A stretch of 51,502 nucleotides of DNA from Escherichia coli. Its GTDB lineage: Bacteria; Pseudomonadota; Gammaproteobacteria; Enterobacterales; Enterobacteriaceae. A program made the position numbers and the translations under genes. The stretch lies in the NCBI RefSeq assembly GCF_003334255.1, contig NZ_QOWU01000037.1. One strand, given 5' to 3'. Below are positions 32,098 through 44,223 of the stretch, in pieces. The notes beneath the pieces were generated by a model. The model was not told where the DNA came from, searched no databases, and saw only the letters and a program-made list of their open reading frames with translations. The stretch's first letter is position 1. Each line of letters begins with the position of its first letter.

Positions 32098-32166
32098 AAT
32101 TGACTCCTTTAGTTTGAATTGACTGTTAAGTTGATTGCTTATTGTTAAAGAGCGTGAAATGGAAAT

Positions 32167-32397
32167 TTAAGCTGCGTTCTTTTCGGTGTGTGGAAACAAC
32201 TTCGGAAGATCCGGGCGAATCTGGTATGCCTTCACTACTCCACCAGTAGCCGTAACAATGCTGCCGACATGTTCAGGGGATACCTTTGCTTTGTTGTGAA
32301 GCCACTTATAGACGGCCTGCTGTGAAACTTCGCAAGCAGCGCCCAGTTTCTTTTGTGAACCAACGATATTGATCGCTGTTTTGATAGCTGGGTTCAT
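32167..32397 (-). CDS. Cro-like HTH regulator (YdaS/Cro family)
   Basis: 76 aa, HTH VSQQAVYKWL; divergent from repressor gene. Confidence 0.65.
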   Translation of the reverse strand: MNPAIKTAINIVGSQKKLGAACEVSQQAVYKWLHNKAKVSPEHVGSIVTATGGVVKAYQIRPDLPKLFPHTEKNAA

Positions 32398-32501
32398 AAC
32401 AACCTCCGTGGTTAATTTGAATCAAGATTAAAACTATGGTTGTTTTTAGTCAACAACCATTTTCGTTTGATGGAATAAAACCTTGGTTGTACATTTGGAC
32501 T
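32398..32501. promoter_or_regulatory. Immunity-region operator/promoter (OR-like) between cro-like and cI-like genes
   Basis: Inverted repeat atggttgtttttagtcaacaaccat plus further aaccttggttg half-sites. Confidence 0.5.
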
Positions 32502-33191
32502 ATGAAAACAACACTCTCAGAAAGACTTAAAGAAGCCAGATTAGCGCGAGGCCTTACACAAAAGGCGCTTGGGGATTTGGTCGGGGTTAGCCAGGCTGCT
32601 ATTCAGAAAATCGAAACAGGGAAAGCTAATCAAACAACTAAAATCGTGGAGATCGCGAACGCTTTGGGTGTGCGCGCAGAATGGTTATCTTCTGGCGTTG
32701 GAAATATGTCAGACAGTACAGTGCAACCAATACAATCAACTGTCAGCCATTCCAAATACTTCAAGATTGACGTTCTTGATATAGAAGTCAGTGCTGGGCC
32801 GGGAGTCATCAACCGTGAGTTTGTAGAAGTTCTACGCTCGGTTGAGTACTCGTTTGACGATGCTCGTCACATGTTCGATGGTAGGAAGGCGGAAAATATC
32901 CGCATCATTAACGTGCGTGGTGACAGCATGTCAGGAACGATCGAACCAGGTGATCTGCTGTTCGTTGATATCACAGTTAAATCTTTCGACGGTGATGGTA
33001 TCTATGCGTTTCTGTACGACGACACAGCCCATGTAAAGCGCCTGCAAATGATGAAGGATAAGCTGCTGGTCATCTCTGATAACAAAAGCTACTCACCGTG
33101 GGACCCGATCGAGAAAGACGAGATGAACCGGGTGTTCATCTTCGGTAAGGTTATTGGGAGCATGCCGCAGACATATAGGAAGCATGGGTAG
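32502..33191 (+). CDS. CI-type repressor (HTH + S24 LexA-like peptidase domain)
   Basis: ORF 32436..33191; start at MKTTLSERLKEARLARGLTQKALGD; C-terminal S24-like with GDSM. Confidence 0.85.
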   Translation: MKTTLSERLKEARLARGLTQKALGDLVGVSQAAIQKIETGKANQTTKIVEIANALGVRAEWLSSGVGNMSDSTVQPIQSTVSHSKYFKIDVLDIEVSAGPGVINREFVEVLRSVEYSFDDARHMFDGRKAENIRIINVRGDSMSGTIEPGDLLFVDITVKSFDGDGIYAFLYDDTAHVKRLQMMKDKLLVISDNKSYSPWDPIEKDEMNRVFIFGKVIGSMPQTYRKHG

Positions 33192-33312
33192 TACCAATTA
33201 AAAATTATCAACTGGGCATTGTGCTCATTCAGTAAAGAACTAATTCCTATCTTTGCTCTAGGTAGTAATATTAAGCCACCGCAATAATATCTTTACCTAA
33301 CGGCGTAAGAAT

Positions 33313-33339
33313 CCCGGTCACCGTGCCGGGTTTTCTTTT
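33313..33339 (+). terminator. Intrinsic terminator downstream of repressor gene
   Basis: cccggtcaccgtgccggg hairpin followed by ttttctttt. Confidence 0.5.
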
Positions 33340-33439
33340 GCCCTCCCCTCATCACACACACCGTTAAAAAAACCACCATAACCTCGCTTCAGTTATCGCT
33401 ATGCGATTCAAGTCACAAAATAAATCCATCCTAAATACA

Positions 33440-33520
33440 ACCAGTTATATCTAAAACAACCAATAAAACAACTTTTGTTGTTGACGATAAAACAACTATA
33501 GTTTTAAATAAGTTCATCGC
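33440..33520 (+). promoter_or_regulatory. Candidate OL/PL-like region
   Basis: Operator-like aacaacttttgttgtt palindrome and repeated aacaac half-sites; ttgacg and possible -10 nearby. Confidence 0.35.
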
Positions 33521-33702
33521 AACAACACAACGATACGGCAACTACCTGATTCACCGTTGCGATGACCGCTTAGATCCGCAGTTTGAATTTCAGCAGGCTT
33601 CGGGGAGTGCGAGGGGTGAAACGGACGCGTGAACGTCGGTGTGACCAGCTGAAATTAACTCAACATTTCATACCTTAGTCGCTTCAACGAGGCGGCTTAG
33701 TT

Positions 33703-33993
33703 ATGACAACCGGCGGCCATCCACCGCCTGAATACGCGCAGAAGTCTCTATATGTTCAGCAGCCCAGCTTACGGGCAGGAGTTTTTATGGTTCATCAACA
33801 TTATGGAACGCAGACCGTTAATCGAGGTGCGGTCATGCCAGGAATGCTGGTCAAACACAAAGATGGTACCTGGACTGCATCAGCTAATTTACGCGGACGG
33901 CTTTATCTGCATCGCGGCATCGAGTGCACTTATACCCGTGATTTGCTCGTGGAAGTTTTTCTCGACGGACGCGGTAACGGCCTGAATCACTAA
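33703..33993 (+). CDS. Hypothetical protein in kil position (possible Kil-like host-division inhibitor)
   Basis: ORF immediately upstream of gam; internal starts (MVHQHYGTQ) possible; no confident homology. Confidence 0.35.
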   Translation: MTTGGHPPPEYAQKSLYVQQPSLRAGVFMVHQHYGTQTVNRGAVMPGMLVKHKDGTWTASANLRGRLYLHRGIECTYTRDLLVEVFLDGRGNGLNH

Positions 33994-34068
33994 TCCCCTT
34001 TCCTGTTTTCCTAATCAGCCTGGCATTTCGCGGGCGATATTTTCACAGCCATTTTCAGGAGGTCAGCC

Positions 34069-34365
34069 ATGAACGCTTATTACATTCAGGATCGTCTTGA
34101 GGCTCAGAGCTGGGCGCGTCACTACCAGCAGATCGCCCGTGAAGAGAAAGAGGCAGAACTGGCAGACGACATGGAAAAAGGCCTGCCCCAGCACCTGTTT
34201 GAATCGCTATGCATCGATCATTTGCAACGCCACGGGGCCAGCAAAAAAGCCATTATCCGTGCGTTTGATGACGATGTTGAGTTTCAGGAGCGCATGGCAG
34301 AACACATCCAGTACATGGTTGAAACCATTGCTCACCACCAGGTTGATATTGATTCAGAGGTATAA
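34069..34365 (+). CDS. gam: Gam, RecBCD inhibitor
   Basis: 98 aa [21 protein letters not shown]... near-identical to lambda Gam short form. Confidence 0.95.
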   Translation: MNAYYIQDRLEAQSWARHYQQIAREEKEAELADDMEKGLPQHLFESLCIDHLQRHGASKKAIIRAFDDDVEFQERMAEHIQYMVETIAHHQVDIDSEV

Positions 34366-34370
34366 AACGG

Positions 34371-35156
34371 ATGAGTACAGCACTCGCAACGCTGGCAGGG
34401 AAGCTGGCTGAACGTGTCGGCATGGATTCTGTCGACCCACAGGAACTGATCACCACTCTTCGCCAGACGGCATTTAAAGGTGATGCCAGCGATGCGCAGT
34501 TCATCGCATTGTTGATCGTCGCCAACCAGTACGGCCTTAATCCGTGGACGAAAGAAATTTACGCCTTCCCTGATAAGCAGAACGGCATCGTTCCGGTGGT
34601 GGGCGTTGATGGCTGGTCCCGCATCATCAATGAAAACCAGCAGTTTGATGGCATGGACTTTGAGCAGGACAATGAATCCTGTACATGCCGGATTTACCGC
34701 AAGGACCGTAATCATCCGATCTGCGTTACCGAATGGATGGATGAATGCCGCCGCGAACCATTCAAAACTCGCGAAGGCAGAGAAATCACGGGGCCGTGGC
34801 AGTCGCATCCCAAACGGATGTTACGGCATAAAGCCATGATTCAGTGTGCCCGTCTGGCCTTCGGATTTGCTGGTATCTATGACAAGGATGAAGCCGAGCG
34901 CATTGTCGAAAATACTGCATACACTGCAGAACGTCAGCCAGAACGCGACATCACTCCGGTTAACGATGAAACCATGCAGGAGATTAACACTCTGCTGATC
35001 GCCCTGGATAAAACATGGGATGACGACTTATTGCCGCTCTGTTCCCAGATATTTCGCCGCGACATTCGCGCATCGTCAGAACTGACACAGGCCGAAGCAG
35101 TGAAAGCTCTTGGATTCCTGAAACAGAAAGCCACTGAGCAGAAGGTGGCAGCATGA
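34371..35156 (+). CDS. bet: Bet (Red-beta single-strand annealing protein)
   Basis: 261 aa [26 protein letters not shown]... near-identical to lambda Bet. Confidence 0.95.
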   Translation: MSTALATLAGKLAERVGMDSVDPQELITTLRQTAFKGDASDAQFIALLIVANQYGLNPWTKEIYAFPDKQNGIVPVVGVDGWSRIINENQQFDGMDFEQDNESCTCRIYRKDRNHPICVTEWMDECRREPFKTREGREITGPWQSHPKRMLRHKAMIQCARLAFGFAGIYDKDEAERIVENTAYTAERQPERDITPVNDETMQEINTLLIALDKTWDDDLLPLCSQIFRRDIRASSELTQAEAVKALGFLKQKATEQKVAA

Positions 35157-35833
35157 CACCGGACATTATCCTGCAGCGTACCGGGATCGACGTGAGAGCT
35201 GTCGAACAGGGGGATGATGCGTGGCACAAATTACGGCTCGGCGTCATCACCGCTTCAGAAGTTCACAATGTGATAGCAAAACCCCGCTCCGGAAAGAAAT
35301 GGCCTGACATGAAAATGTCCTACTTCCACACCCTGCTTGCCGAGGTTTGCACCGGTGTGGCTCCGGAAGTTAACGCTAAGGCGCTGGCCTGGGGAAAACA
35401 GTACGAGAACGACGCCAGAGTCCTGTTTGAGTTTACTTCCGGCGTGAATGTTACTGAATCACCGATCATCTATCGCGACGAAAGTATGCGCACCGCCTGC
35501 TCTCCCGATGGTTTATGCAGTGACGGCAATGGCCTTGAGCTGAAATGCCCGTTTACCTCCCGGGATTTCATGAAGTTCCGGCTCGGTGGTTTCGAGGCCA
35601 TAAAGTCAGCTTACATGGCCCAGGTGCAGTACAGCATGTGGGTGACTCGAAAAGATGCCTGGTACTTTGCCAACTATGACCCGCGCATGAAGCGTGAAGG
35701 CCTGCATTATGTCGTGATTGAGCGGAATGAAAAGTACATGGCGAGTTTTGACGAGATGGTGCCGGAGTTCATCGAAAAAATGGACGAGGCACTGGCTGAA
35801 ATTGGTTTTGTATTTGGGGAGCAATGGCGATGA
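35153..35833 (+). CDS. exo: Exo (Red-alpha 5'-3' exonuclease)
   Basis: 226 aa [30 protein letters not shown]... near-identical to lambda Exo. Confidence 0.95.
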   Translation: MTPDIILQRTGIDVRAVEQGDDAWHKLRLGVITASEVHNVIAKPRSGKKWPDMKMSYFHTLLAEVCTGVAPEVNAKALAWGKQYENDARVLFEFTSGVNVTESPIIYRDESMRTACSPDGLCSDGNGLELKCPFTSRDFMKFRLGGFEAIKSAYMAQVQYSMWVTRKDAWYFANYDPRMKREGLHYVVIERNEKYMASFDEMVPEFIEKMDEALAEIGFVFGEQWR

Positions 35834-36012
35834 CGCATCCTCACGATAATATCCGCGTAGGCACGATCACTTTCGTCTACTCCGTTACGAAGCGAGGCTG
35901 GGTATTTCCCGGCCTTTCTGTTATCCGAAATCCCCTGAAAGCACAGCGGCTGGCTGAGGAGATAAATAATAAACGGGGAGCTGTATGCACAAAGCATCTC
36001 CCGTTGAGTTAA
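35824..36012 (+). CDS. Hypothetical small protein (lambda early-left orf-like)
   Basis: 62-aa ORF overlapping exo stop. Confidence 0.5.
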   Translation: MAMTHPHDNIRVGTITFVYSVTKRGWVFPGLSVIRNPLKAQRLAEEINNKRGAVCTKHLPLS

Positions 36013-36176
36013 GAACGAGTATCGAGATGGCACATAGCCTCGCTCAAATTGGAGTCAGGTTTGTGCCAATACCAGTAGAAACAGACGAAGAATTTCATAC
36101 GTTAGCCGCATCCCTTTCACAAAAGCTGGAAATGATGGTGGCGAAAGCAGAAGCAGATGAGAGAGACCAGGTATGA
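35985..36176 (+). CDS. Hypothetical small protein (lambda orf63-like)
   Basis: 63-aa ORF. Confidence 0.5.
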   Translation: MHKASPVELRTSIEMAHSLAQIGVRFVPIPVETDEEFHTLAASLSQKLEMMVAKAEADERDQV

Positions 36177-36252
36177 CAACCACTGAATGCATTTTTCTGG
36201 CAGCGGGCTTCATATTCTGTGTGCTTATGCTTGCCGACATGGGGCTTGTTCA

Positions 36253-36468
36253 ATGACACCTCAGCAAGAAAACGCCCTTCGCAGCATTGCCCGTCAGGCT
36301 AATTCTGAAATCAAAAAAGCCAGACAGCAGTTTCCGGATAAAAACGTCGATGACATTTGCCGTAGCGTACTAAAGAAGCACCGCGAAACGGTAACGCTGA
36401 TGGGATTCACACCGACTCATTTAAGCCTGGCGATCGGCATGTTGAACGGCGTCTTTAAGGAACGGTGA
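36253..36468 (+). CDS. Hypothetical small protein
   Basis: ORF 36187..36468; start placed at MTPQQENALRSIARQ (36253). Confidence 0.45.
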   Translation: MTPQQENALRSIARQANSEIKKARQQFPDKNVDDICRSVLKKHRETVTLMGFTPTHLSLAIGMLNGVFKER

Positions 36469-36489
36469 ACATGAAAAGCAAAATCATCA

Positions 36490-36512
36490 GGGAGCTACAG
36501 GCTCCTTTTTTA
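36490..36512 (+). terminator. Terminator-like hairpin
   Basis: ggagctacaggctcc followed by ttttttatt. Confidence 0.35.
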
Positions 36513-36566
36513 TTGTTCGCATTCACCCTCAAGCGTATTAACCAACAATTCAGGGATTAATGGAAG

Positions 36567-36785
36567 ATGGCAGACATCATTGATTCAGCATCAGAAATTG
36601 AAGAATTACAGCGCAACACAGCAATAAAAATGCACCGCCTGAACCACCAGGCTATATCTGCCACTCATTGTTGTGAGTGTGGCGATCCGATAGATGAACT
36701 AAGACGTCTGGCCGTTCAGGGTTGTCGGACTTGTGCAAGTTGCCAGGAGGAGATCGAACTTAAGAACAAACAATGGGGATTGTGA
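36567..36785 (+). CDS. TraR/DksA-family C4 zinc-finger protein
   Basis: CCECGDPIDELRR...CRTCASCQEE. Confidence 0.75.
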   Translation: MADIIDSASEIEELQRNTAIKMHRLNHQAISATHCCECGDPIDELRRLAVQGCRTCASCQEEIELKNKQWGL

Positions 36786-36833
36786 TGGCCTCAAAGCAGC
36801 AAATTTCAACATCAGTCCAACTGAGGTGTAAAA

Positions 36834-37112
36834 ATGTTCAGAATCATTTTTCCTAACACCTGGTACGTCGACCACCACGGCACTCCCTGCAAAATCCTGC
36901 GTTCTACCCACAACAAAGTTCACTACATCCGAAAAGGCAGAACATGTATCGCCAGCATGTTCCGCTTTAATCATGACTTTGAACCTGTGAATAAAGCTGA
37001 TGCAGATCGGATAGCAGAAGAGATCGAAACGGCAGAACACATTAAGAAGTTACGTGACATGCGTTCAAAAAGCAGAGGTAACCATGGAATCATACAGCCT
37101 CACACTCGATGA
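36834..37112 (+). CDS. Hypothetical protein
   Basis: 92-aa ORF upstream of xis; overlaps xis start. Confidence 0.45.
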   Translation: MFRIIFPNTWYVDHHGTPCKILRSTHNKVHYIRKGRTCIASMFRFNHDFEPVNKADADRIAEEIETAEHIKKLRDMRSKSRGNHGIIQPHTR

Positions 37113-37434
37113 GGCCTGTCAGTTTCTCAAGATATCCAGACCTACCGCTACCAACTGGATACGAACAGGCCGCCTACAGGCAACACGCAAAGACCCCACT
37201 AAACCAAAATCTCCTTACCTCACAACGCGACAAGCCTGCATTGCGGCGCTTCAGTCTCCGCTGCATACTATCAAGGTGAGCGCGGGTGATGGCATAACAG
37301 AGGAAAGAAAATGTCACTCTTCCGCAGAGGTGAAATATGGTACGCCAGTTTCACATTGCCGAACGGTAAAAGATTTAAACAGTCTCTTGGAACAAAGGAC
37401 AAAAGGCAGGCGACAGAACTCCATGACAAGCTAA
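37084..37434 (+). CDS. xis: Excisionase-like HTH protein (Xis)
   Basis: [31 protein letters not shown]; agagg SD; 3' end overlaps int, true stop uncertain. Confidence 0.55.
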   Translation: MESYSLTLDEACQFLKISRPTATNWIRTGRLQATRKDPTKPKSPYLTTRQACIAALQSPLHTIKVSAGDGITEERKCHSSAEVKYGTPVSHCRTVKDLNSLLEQRTKGRRQNSMTS

Positions 37435-38474
37435 AGGCTGAAGCATGGCGGGTCAGCAAACTTGGTGAAATACCTGATATAACGTTCGAGGAAGCGTGTG
37501 TCAGGTGGCTTGAAGAGAAAGCACATAAAAAATCACTGGACGATGACAAAAGCCGGATCGGATTCTGGCTTCAACATTTCGCAGGAATGCAACTAAGAGA
37601 CATTACTGAATCAAAAATTTATTCAGCAATGCAGAAAATGACGAACCGGCGTCATGAGGAAAACTGGAAACTCAGGGCAGAAGCATGCAGAAAAAAAGGG
37701 AAACCTGTTCCAGAATACACGCCAAAACCAGCGTCCGTTGCAACGAAGGCTACGCATCTTTCATTTATAAAGGCCCTACTAAGAGCCGCAGAGCGTGAAT
37801 GGAAAATGCTGGATAAGGCACCAATTATTAAAGTGCCTCAACCAAAGAATAAACGGATCCGCTGGCTGGAGCCCCATGAAGCACAAAGGCTGATTGATGA
37901 ATGTCCGGAGCCATTAAAGTCTGTTGTTGAATTTGCACTGGCAACAGGCTTAAGACGCTCGAACATCATCAACCTTGAATGGCAACAAATAGATATGCAG
38001 CGCCGGGTGGCATGGATAAACCCGGAAGAGAGTAAATCAAACCGCGCAATCGGCGTTGCGCTGAATGATACTGCATGTCGCGTTTTGAAAAAACAAATCG
38101 GGAATCATCACCGTTGGGTATTTGTGTACAAGGAAAGCTGTACCAAACCAGACGGAACGAAAGCGCCAACAGTAAGGAAGATGCGGTATGACGCAAACAC
38201 AGCCTGGAAAGCAGCGCTGAGGCGGGCTGGTATTGATGATTTCAGATTTCACGACTTGAGACACACCTGGGCAAGTTGGCTGGTTCAAGCCGGAGTCCCG
38301 TTGTCAGTGTTACAGGAAATGGGAGGCTGGGAGTCTATCGAAATGGTTCGTCGATATGCTCACCTTGCACCTAATCACCTTACCGAACACGCACGGCAAA
38401 TAGACTCGATCCTGAACCCATCGGTCCCAAATTCGTCCCAGTCAAAAAATAAGGAAGGTACTAATGATGTGTAA
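37311..38474 (+). CDS. int: Tyrosine integrase (IntD/DLP12-type)
   Basis: 387 aa [22 protein letters not shown]...[10 protein letters not shown]...VRRYAHL; ends 14 bp from tRNA 3' end. Confidence 0.9.
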   Translation: MSLFRRGEIWYASFTLPNGKRFKQSLGTKDKRQATELHDKLKAEAWRVSKLGEIPDITFEEACVRWLEEKAHKKSLDDDKSRIGFWLQHFAGMQLRDITESKIYSAMQKMTNRRHEENWKLRAEACRKKGKPVPEYTPKPASVATKATHLSFIKALLRAAEREWKMLDKAPIIKVPQPKNKRIRWLEPHEAQRLIDECPEPLKSVVEFALATGLRRSNIINLEWQQIDMQRRVAWINPEESKSNRAIGVALNDTACRVLKKQIGNHHRWVFVYKESCTKPDGTKAPTVRKMRYDANTAWKAALRRAGIDDFRFHDLRHTWASWLVQAGVPLSVLQEMGGWESIEMVRRYAHLAPNHLTEHARQIDSILNPSVPNSSQSKNKEGTNDV

Positions 38475-38488
38475 CTTATTGATTTAAA

Positions 38489-38564
38489 TGGTGCCGATAA
38501 TAGGAGTCGAACCTACGACCTTCGCATTACGAATGCGCTGCTCTACCAACTGAGCTATATCGGC
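38489..38564 (-). tRNA. thrW: tRNA-Thr (anticodon CGU), thrW-like; prophage attachment site
   Basis: Reverse complement GCCGATATAGCTCAGTTGGTAGAGCAGCGCATTCGTAATGCGAAGGTCGTAGGTTCGACTCCTATTATCGGCACCA folds as cloverleaf. Confidence 0.9.
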
Positions 38565-38678
38565 CCTGAAAGGACATGTTCACGAACGTGAATCACGGTG
38601 GACAAGGTTAAAACTAACCGGGCGATGCGTCAATGGCCTTGTGAATCAAATGGCTACTTTTGCATCACCCGGTTTTAT

Positions 38679-39932
38679 TTACGCACGAATGGTGTAATCA
38701 CCAATGCCGATCCACTTGTAAGTGGTCAGTGCTTCCAGCCCCATTGGGCCACGCGCGTGGAGTTTTTGTGTGCTTACCGCCACTTCCGCACCCAGACCAA
38801 ACTGGCCGCCGTCGGTAAAACGCGTAGAGGCGTTAACGTAAACAGCGGACGAATCCACTTCGTTAACAAAACGCTGGGCGTTGCGCATATCGCGGGTCAG
38901 GATCGCATCGGAGTGTTGTGTGCCGTGTTCACGAATATGGGCGATGGCATCGTCAAGATCGCTGACGATTTTGACGTTCAAATCTAATGACAGAAACTCA
39001 TCGTCATACTCTTCGGCTTTAACAGCAACCACCTTCGCAGGGCCTGCCTGCAACTGCGCCAGTGCAGCTGCATCTGCGTGTAATGTCACGCCGCTTTCCG
39101 CCATTTGTTTGCTTAATGCGGGCAGGAAGCTATCGGCGATGTTTTTATTCACCAGCAACGTTTCAACCGTATTACATGTGCTCGGACGCTGAGTTTTCGC
39201 GTTGACGATCACTTTTAATGCTTCAGCGATCTCTACACTTTCATCAACGTAAATATGGCATACGCCTATACCACCTGTGATCACCGGGATTGTCGACTGT
39301 TCACGGCACAGTTTATGCAAACCAGCGCCACCACGCGGGATCAGCATGTCGATGTATTTATCCATACGCAGCATTTCACTGACCAGCGCACGGTCAGGAT
39401 TATCAATCGCCTGCACGGCACCCGCCGGTAAGCCGCAGGATTTCAGGGCGTCCTGAATCACCGCCACCGTTGCAGCGTTAGTGCGACACGTTTCTTTGCC
39501 ACCGCGCAGGATCACCGCATTACCGGTTTTCAGGCACAGCGAAGCGACATCAACCGTCACGTTCGGGCGCGCTTCATAAATCACGCCAATAACCCCCAGC
39601 GGTACGCGACGACGCTCAAGACGCAGGCCGCTGTCCAGTACGCCGCCATCGATTACCTGCCCCACCGGATCGGCGAGGTTGCACACCTGACGTACATCGT
39701 CGGCAATGCCTTTCAGCCGTGCGGGCGTCAGTGCCAGACGGTCAAGCATCGCTTCGCTAAGGCCATTGGCTCGCGCGTCAGCAACATCCTGGGCGTTAGC
39801 GTTGAGGATGATTTCGCTTTGTGCTTCCAGTTCATCGGCGATTTTTTCCAGCACGCGATTTTTTTCGCGGCTGGAGAGTTGCGCTAATTTATACGAGGCT
39901 TGCTTCGCGGCAATGCCCATTTGTTCCAGCAT
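38679..39932 (-). CDS. proA: Gamma-glutamyl phosphate reductase
   Basis: 417 aa; matches E. coli ProA. Confidence 0.95.
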
Positions 39933-39943
39933 CAGCCTGCTCC

Positions 39944-41047
39944 TTAACGGGTAATCATGTCATCACGGTGAACGGCAACCGGGCCGTATTCATATCCCAG
40001 TATTGCATCAATTTCTTGCGAGTGGTGTCCGGCAATACGGCGTAATGCATCGCTGTTGTAACGACTGACGCCGTGGGCGATATCGCGGCCTTCGAGGTTG
40101 CAAATGCGGATGACTTCACCACGCGAGAAATTGCCAGTCACGCTTTTAATGCCTTTCGGCAACAGGGAGCTGCCGCGTTCCAGAATGGCGGCAGTTGCCC
40201 CTTCATCTACCGTGATTTCACCCGCCGGCGGCGCACCGAAAATCCAGCGTTTACGGTTTTCAAGCGGAGTCGCCTGGGCATGGAACAGCGTACCGACGGA
40301 AATGCCTTCCATCACATCACCAATAACGCCCGGCTTGCTGCCCGCGGCAATAATGGTGTCGATACCCGCACGGCAAGCCACGTCAGCGGCCTGCAATTTG
40401 GTACTCATGCCGCCAGTTCCGAGGCCTGAAACGCTGTCACCGGCAATCGCGCGCAGTGCGTCATCAATGCCGTAAACATCTTTAATCAGTTCTGCCTGCG
40501 GATTGCTGCGCGGGTCAGCGGTATACAAACCTTTTTGATCGGTCAGCAGCAACAGTTTATCGGCACCCGCAAGAATCGCCGCCAGCGCAGAAAGGTTATC
40601 GTTATCGCCGACCTTAATCTCTGCCGTAGCGACAGCATCGTTCTCATTGATTACCGGAACGATATTGTTATCGAGCAACGCTCGCAGGGTGTCGCGGGCG
40701 TTCAGGAAGCGTTCACGGTCTTCCATATCAGCACGGGTCAGCAGCATTTGCCCGACGTGAATGCCATAAATCGAAAACAGCTGTTCCCACAGTTGAATCA
40801 GTCGACTCTGCCCTACCGCCGCCAGCAGTTGTTTCGAGGCGATGGTCGCTGGCAGTTCCGGGTAACCCAGGTGCTCACGTCCGGCGGCGATCGCGCCCGA
40901 CGTCACAATAACAATCCGATGCCCGGCGGCATGTAACTGCGCGCACTGGCGAACAAGTTCAACGATATGGGCACGGTTCAGACGGCGCGATCCGCCTGTT
41001 AGCACACTGGTGCCGAGTTTTACCACCAGCGTCTGGCTGTCACTCAT
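39944..41047 (-). CDS. proB: Glutamate 5-kinase
   Basis: Start at [16 protein letters not shown] (41047); 367 aa; matches ProB. Confidence 0.95.
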
Positions 41048-41235
41048 GATTCTCTGCCATTCAATTTTAGGAAAAATGATATCAAACGAACGTTTTAGCA
41101 GGACTGTCGTCGGTTGCCAACCATCTGCGAGCAAAGCATGGCGTTTTGTTGCGCGGGATCAGCAAGCCTAGCGGCAGTTGTTTACGCTTTTATTACAGAT
41201 TTAATAAATTACCACATTTTAAGAATATTATTAAT

Positions 41236-41257
41236 CTGTAATATATCTTTAACAATC
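41236..41257 (+). promoter_or_regulatory. Pho box (PhoB binding site) upstream of phoE
   Basis: ctgtaatatatctttaacaatc, direct repeats of CTGTAAT-like half sites ~80 bp before start. Confidence 0.6.
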
Positions 41258-41334
41258 TCAGGTTAAAAACTTTCCTGTTTTCAACGGGACTCTCCCGCTG
41301 AATATTCGCGCGTTAATTAAAATCAGGAATGAAA

Positions 41335-42390
41335 ATGAAAAAGAGCACTCTGGCATTAGTGGTGATGGGCATTGTGGCATCTGCATCTGTACAGGCTGCA
41401 GAAATATATAATAAAGACGGTAATAAACTGGATGTCTATGGCAAAGTTAAAGCCATGCATTATATGAGTGATAACGCCAGTAAAGATGGCGACCAGAGTT
41501 ATATCCGTTTTGGTTTTAAAGGCGAAACACAAATTAACGATCAACTGACTGGTTATGGTCGTTGGGAAGCAGAGTTTGCCGGTAATAAAGCAGAGAGTGA
41601 TACTGCACAGCAAAAAACGCGTCTCGCTTTTGCCGGGTTGAAATATAAAGATTTGGGTTCTTTCGATTATGGTCGTAACCTGGGGGCGTTGTATGACGTG
41701 GAAGCCTGGACCGATATGTTCCCGGAATTTGGTGGCGATTCCTCGGCGCAGACCGACAACTTTATGACCAAACGCGCCAGCGGTCTGGCGACGTATCGGA
41801 ACACCGACTTCTTCGGCGTTATCGATGGCCTGAACTTAACCCTGCAATATCAAGGGAAAAACGAAAACCGCGACGTTAAAAAGCAAAACGGCGATGGCTT
41901 CGGCACGTCATTGACATATGACTTTGGCGGCAGCGATTTCGCCATTAGTGGGGCCTATACCAACTCAGATCGCACCAACGAGCAGAACCTGCAAAGCCGT
42001 GGCACAGGCAAGCGTGCAGAAGCATGGGCAACAGGTCTGAAATACGATGCCAATAATATTTATCTGGCAACTTTCTATTCTGAAACACGCAAAATGACGC
42101 CAATAACTGGCGGCTTTGCCAATAAGACACAGAACTTTGAAGCGGTCGCTCAATACCAGTTTGACTTTGGTCTGCGTCCATCGCTGGGTTATGTCTTATC
42201 GAAAGGGAAAGATATTGAAGGTATCGGTGATGAAGATCTGGTCAATTATATCGACGTCGGTGCTACGTATTATTTCAACAAAAATATGTCAGCGTTTGTT
42301 GATTATAAAATCAACCAACTGGATAGCGATAACAAATTGAATATTAATAATGATGATATTGTCGCGGTTGGCATGACGTATCAGTTTTAA
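41335..42390 (+). CDS. phoE: Phosphate-starvation porin PhoE
   Basis: [31 protein letters not shown]...; 351 aa. Confidence 0.95.
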   Translation: MKKSTLALVVMGIVASASVQAAEIYNKDGNKLDVYGKVKAMHYMSDNASKDGDQSYIRFGFKGETQINDQLTGYGRWEAEFAGNKAESDTAQQKTRLAFAGLKYKDLGSFDYGRNLGALYDVEAWTDMFPEFGGDSSAQTDNFMTKRASGLATYRNTDFFGVIDGLNLTLQYQGKNENRDVKKQNGDGFGTSLTYDFGGSDFAISGAYTNSDRTNEQNLQSRGTGKRAEAWATGLKYDANNIYLATFYSETRKMTPITGGFANKTQNFEAVAQYQFDFGLRPSLGYVLSKGKDIEGIGDEDLVNYIDVGATYYFNKNMSAFVDYKINQLDSDNKLNINNDDIVAVGMTYQF

Positions 42391-42397
42391 TGAATAT

Positions 42398-42420
42398 TGC
42401 CGGATGTGATGCATCCGGCA
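42398..42420. terminator. Bidirectional terminator hairpin between convergent phoE and crl
   Basis: tgccggatg-tgatg-catccggca. Confidence 0.5.
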
Positions 42421-42428
42421 CATTTCAC

Positions 42429-42887
<459 letters not shown>

Positions 42888-44132
42888 TTAACACAAGCGT
42901 TTTTCGATCCAGTCGGTGATTTCCTGAAGACCTTTGTCAAAATTCCGATACACCGGGTTAAATGGGATCTCTAATAATTTACCGTCAGCAGATGATGAGG
43001 TGATTAAGCGTGAGTCCTCTTCCGGGCTGAACGGATCGTTCTTCCAGTAGCCTGATAACATTGGCGTTGGGCAGCGACGTCCCAGCAATCCTTGCACTTT
43101 TAATGAATAGCGATTCAGCTCCACGCGCAACGCTTCATCGGAAGCATCATGCATCCCCAAACGACTGGCCAGAACGTCAAGATACATTTCCGGCACCTGT
43201 TGCTGGCACTTAAAATCACTCAACAGGGTATGAACTACCGGACCAAGACAGGCAACCGCTTTCAGACGCGGCGATTCAAGGTATGCCAGACGCACGGCAA
43301 CGTTAGCGCCGAAACGGAAACCAAAGGCCGCGACGCGAGTGTGATCCACCCACGGTACGTTAGGCAGCGCCTTTAAGACGTGCTGATGCAACAGGCTGGA
43401 GTCCTGGGTGAGCTTCCATTTTGAAGAAAAGCCCACCGACGGCATATCAATAGTCAGCATCGCAATGCCGCGCGGCGCAAAATAACGTTCATACAGGCTG
43501 TAATAGTCCGTCTGCATCGCATCCAGACCACCACACATTAATACCGTCGGGAACGGGCCATCGCCTTTCGGCATATGCAAAAAGCCGGTGATGGGCGCAC
43601 CGCCGGGTACGGTAAACTCCATCTGCCGCATCGTGCCCGGTAGACGCTGAGCGGCCTCTTCATAGGCGCGGTTTGACAAAGCCTGCGCTTGCTCGGCCAG
43701 GTCATCTCCTTTCAGATGAGGATAGGCGGCAATGTTGTACAACGTAGCCGCATGCAGCCAGTGACGACCACTGAGTTGCGGATCGTCTTCCGCACAGGCT
43801 TTTTGTTGCCACACCATCGCCTGGGTGGCCCACTCATAAATCCAGTTGCCGCCACGGTAGCCAATCACCGTATCGTATAAATCATCGTCGGTACGTTCGG
43901 CATCGCTCATCACAATACGTGCCTGGACGTCGAGGATTTCGCGTGGGTCAATGCCGCGCCAGATCCACATCAGACGGTTAATCATGCGATACCAGTGAGG
44001 GATGGTTTTACCATCAAGGGCCGACTGCACAGGCGGTTGTGCGCCGTGATTAAAGCGGCGGACTAGCGTCGAGGTTTCAGGATGTTTAAAGCGGGGTTTG
44101 AACAGGGTTTCGCTCAGGTTTGCCTGTGTCAT
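42888..44132 (-). CDS. frsA: Esterase FrsA (fermentation/respiration switch protein)
   Basis: 414 aa [26 protein letters not shown]... Confidence 0.95.
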
Positions 44133-44223
44133 GGATGCAGCCTCCAGAATACTTACTGGAAACTATTGTAACCCGCCTGAAGTTAAAAAGAACAACGCCC
44201 GGCAGTGCCAGGCGTTGAAAAGA

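Noticed and set aside
36469-36566. 30-codon ORF (MKSKIIRELQAPFLLFAFTLKRINQQFRD) overlapping a terminator-like hairpin
   Set aside because: Very short, overlaps hairpin/T-tract; more likely non-coding terminator region
41356-42181. Minus-strand ORFs within phoE
   Set aside because: Antisense overlaps of a conserved core gene
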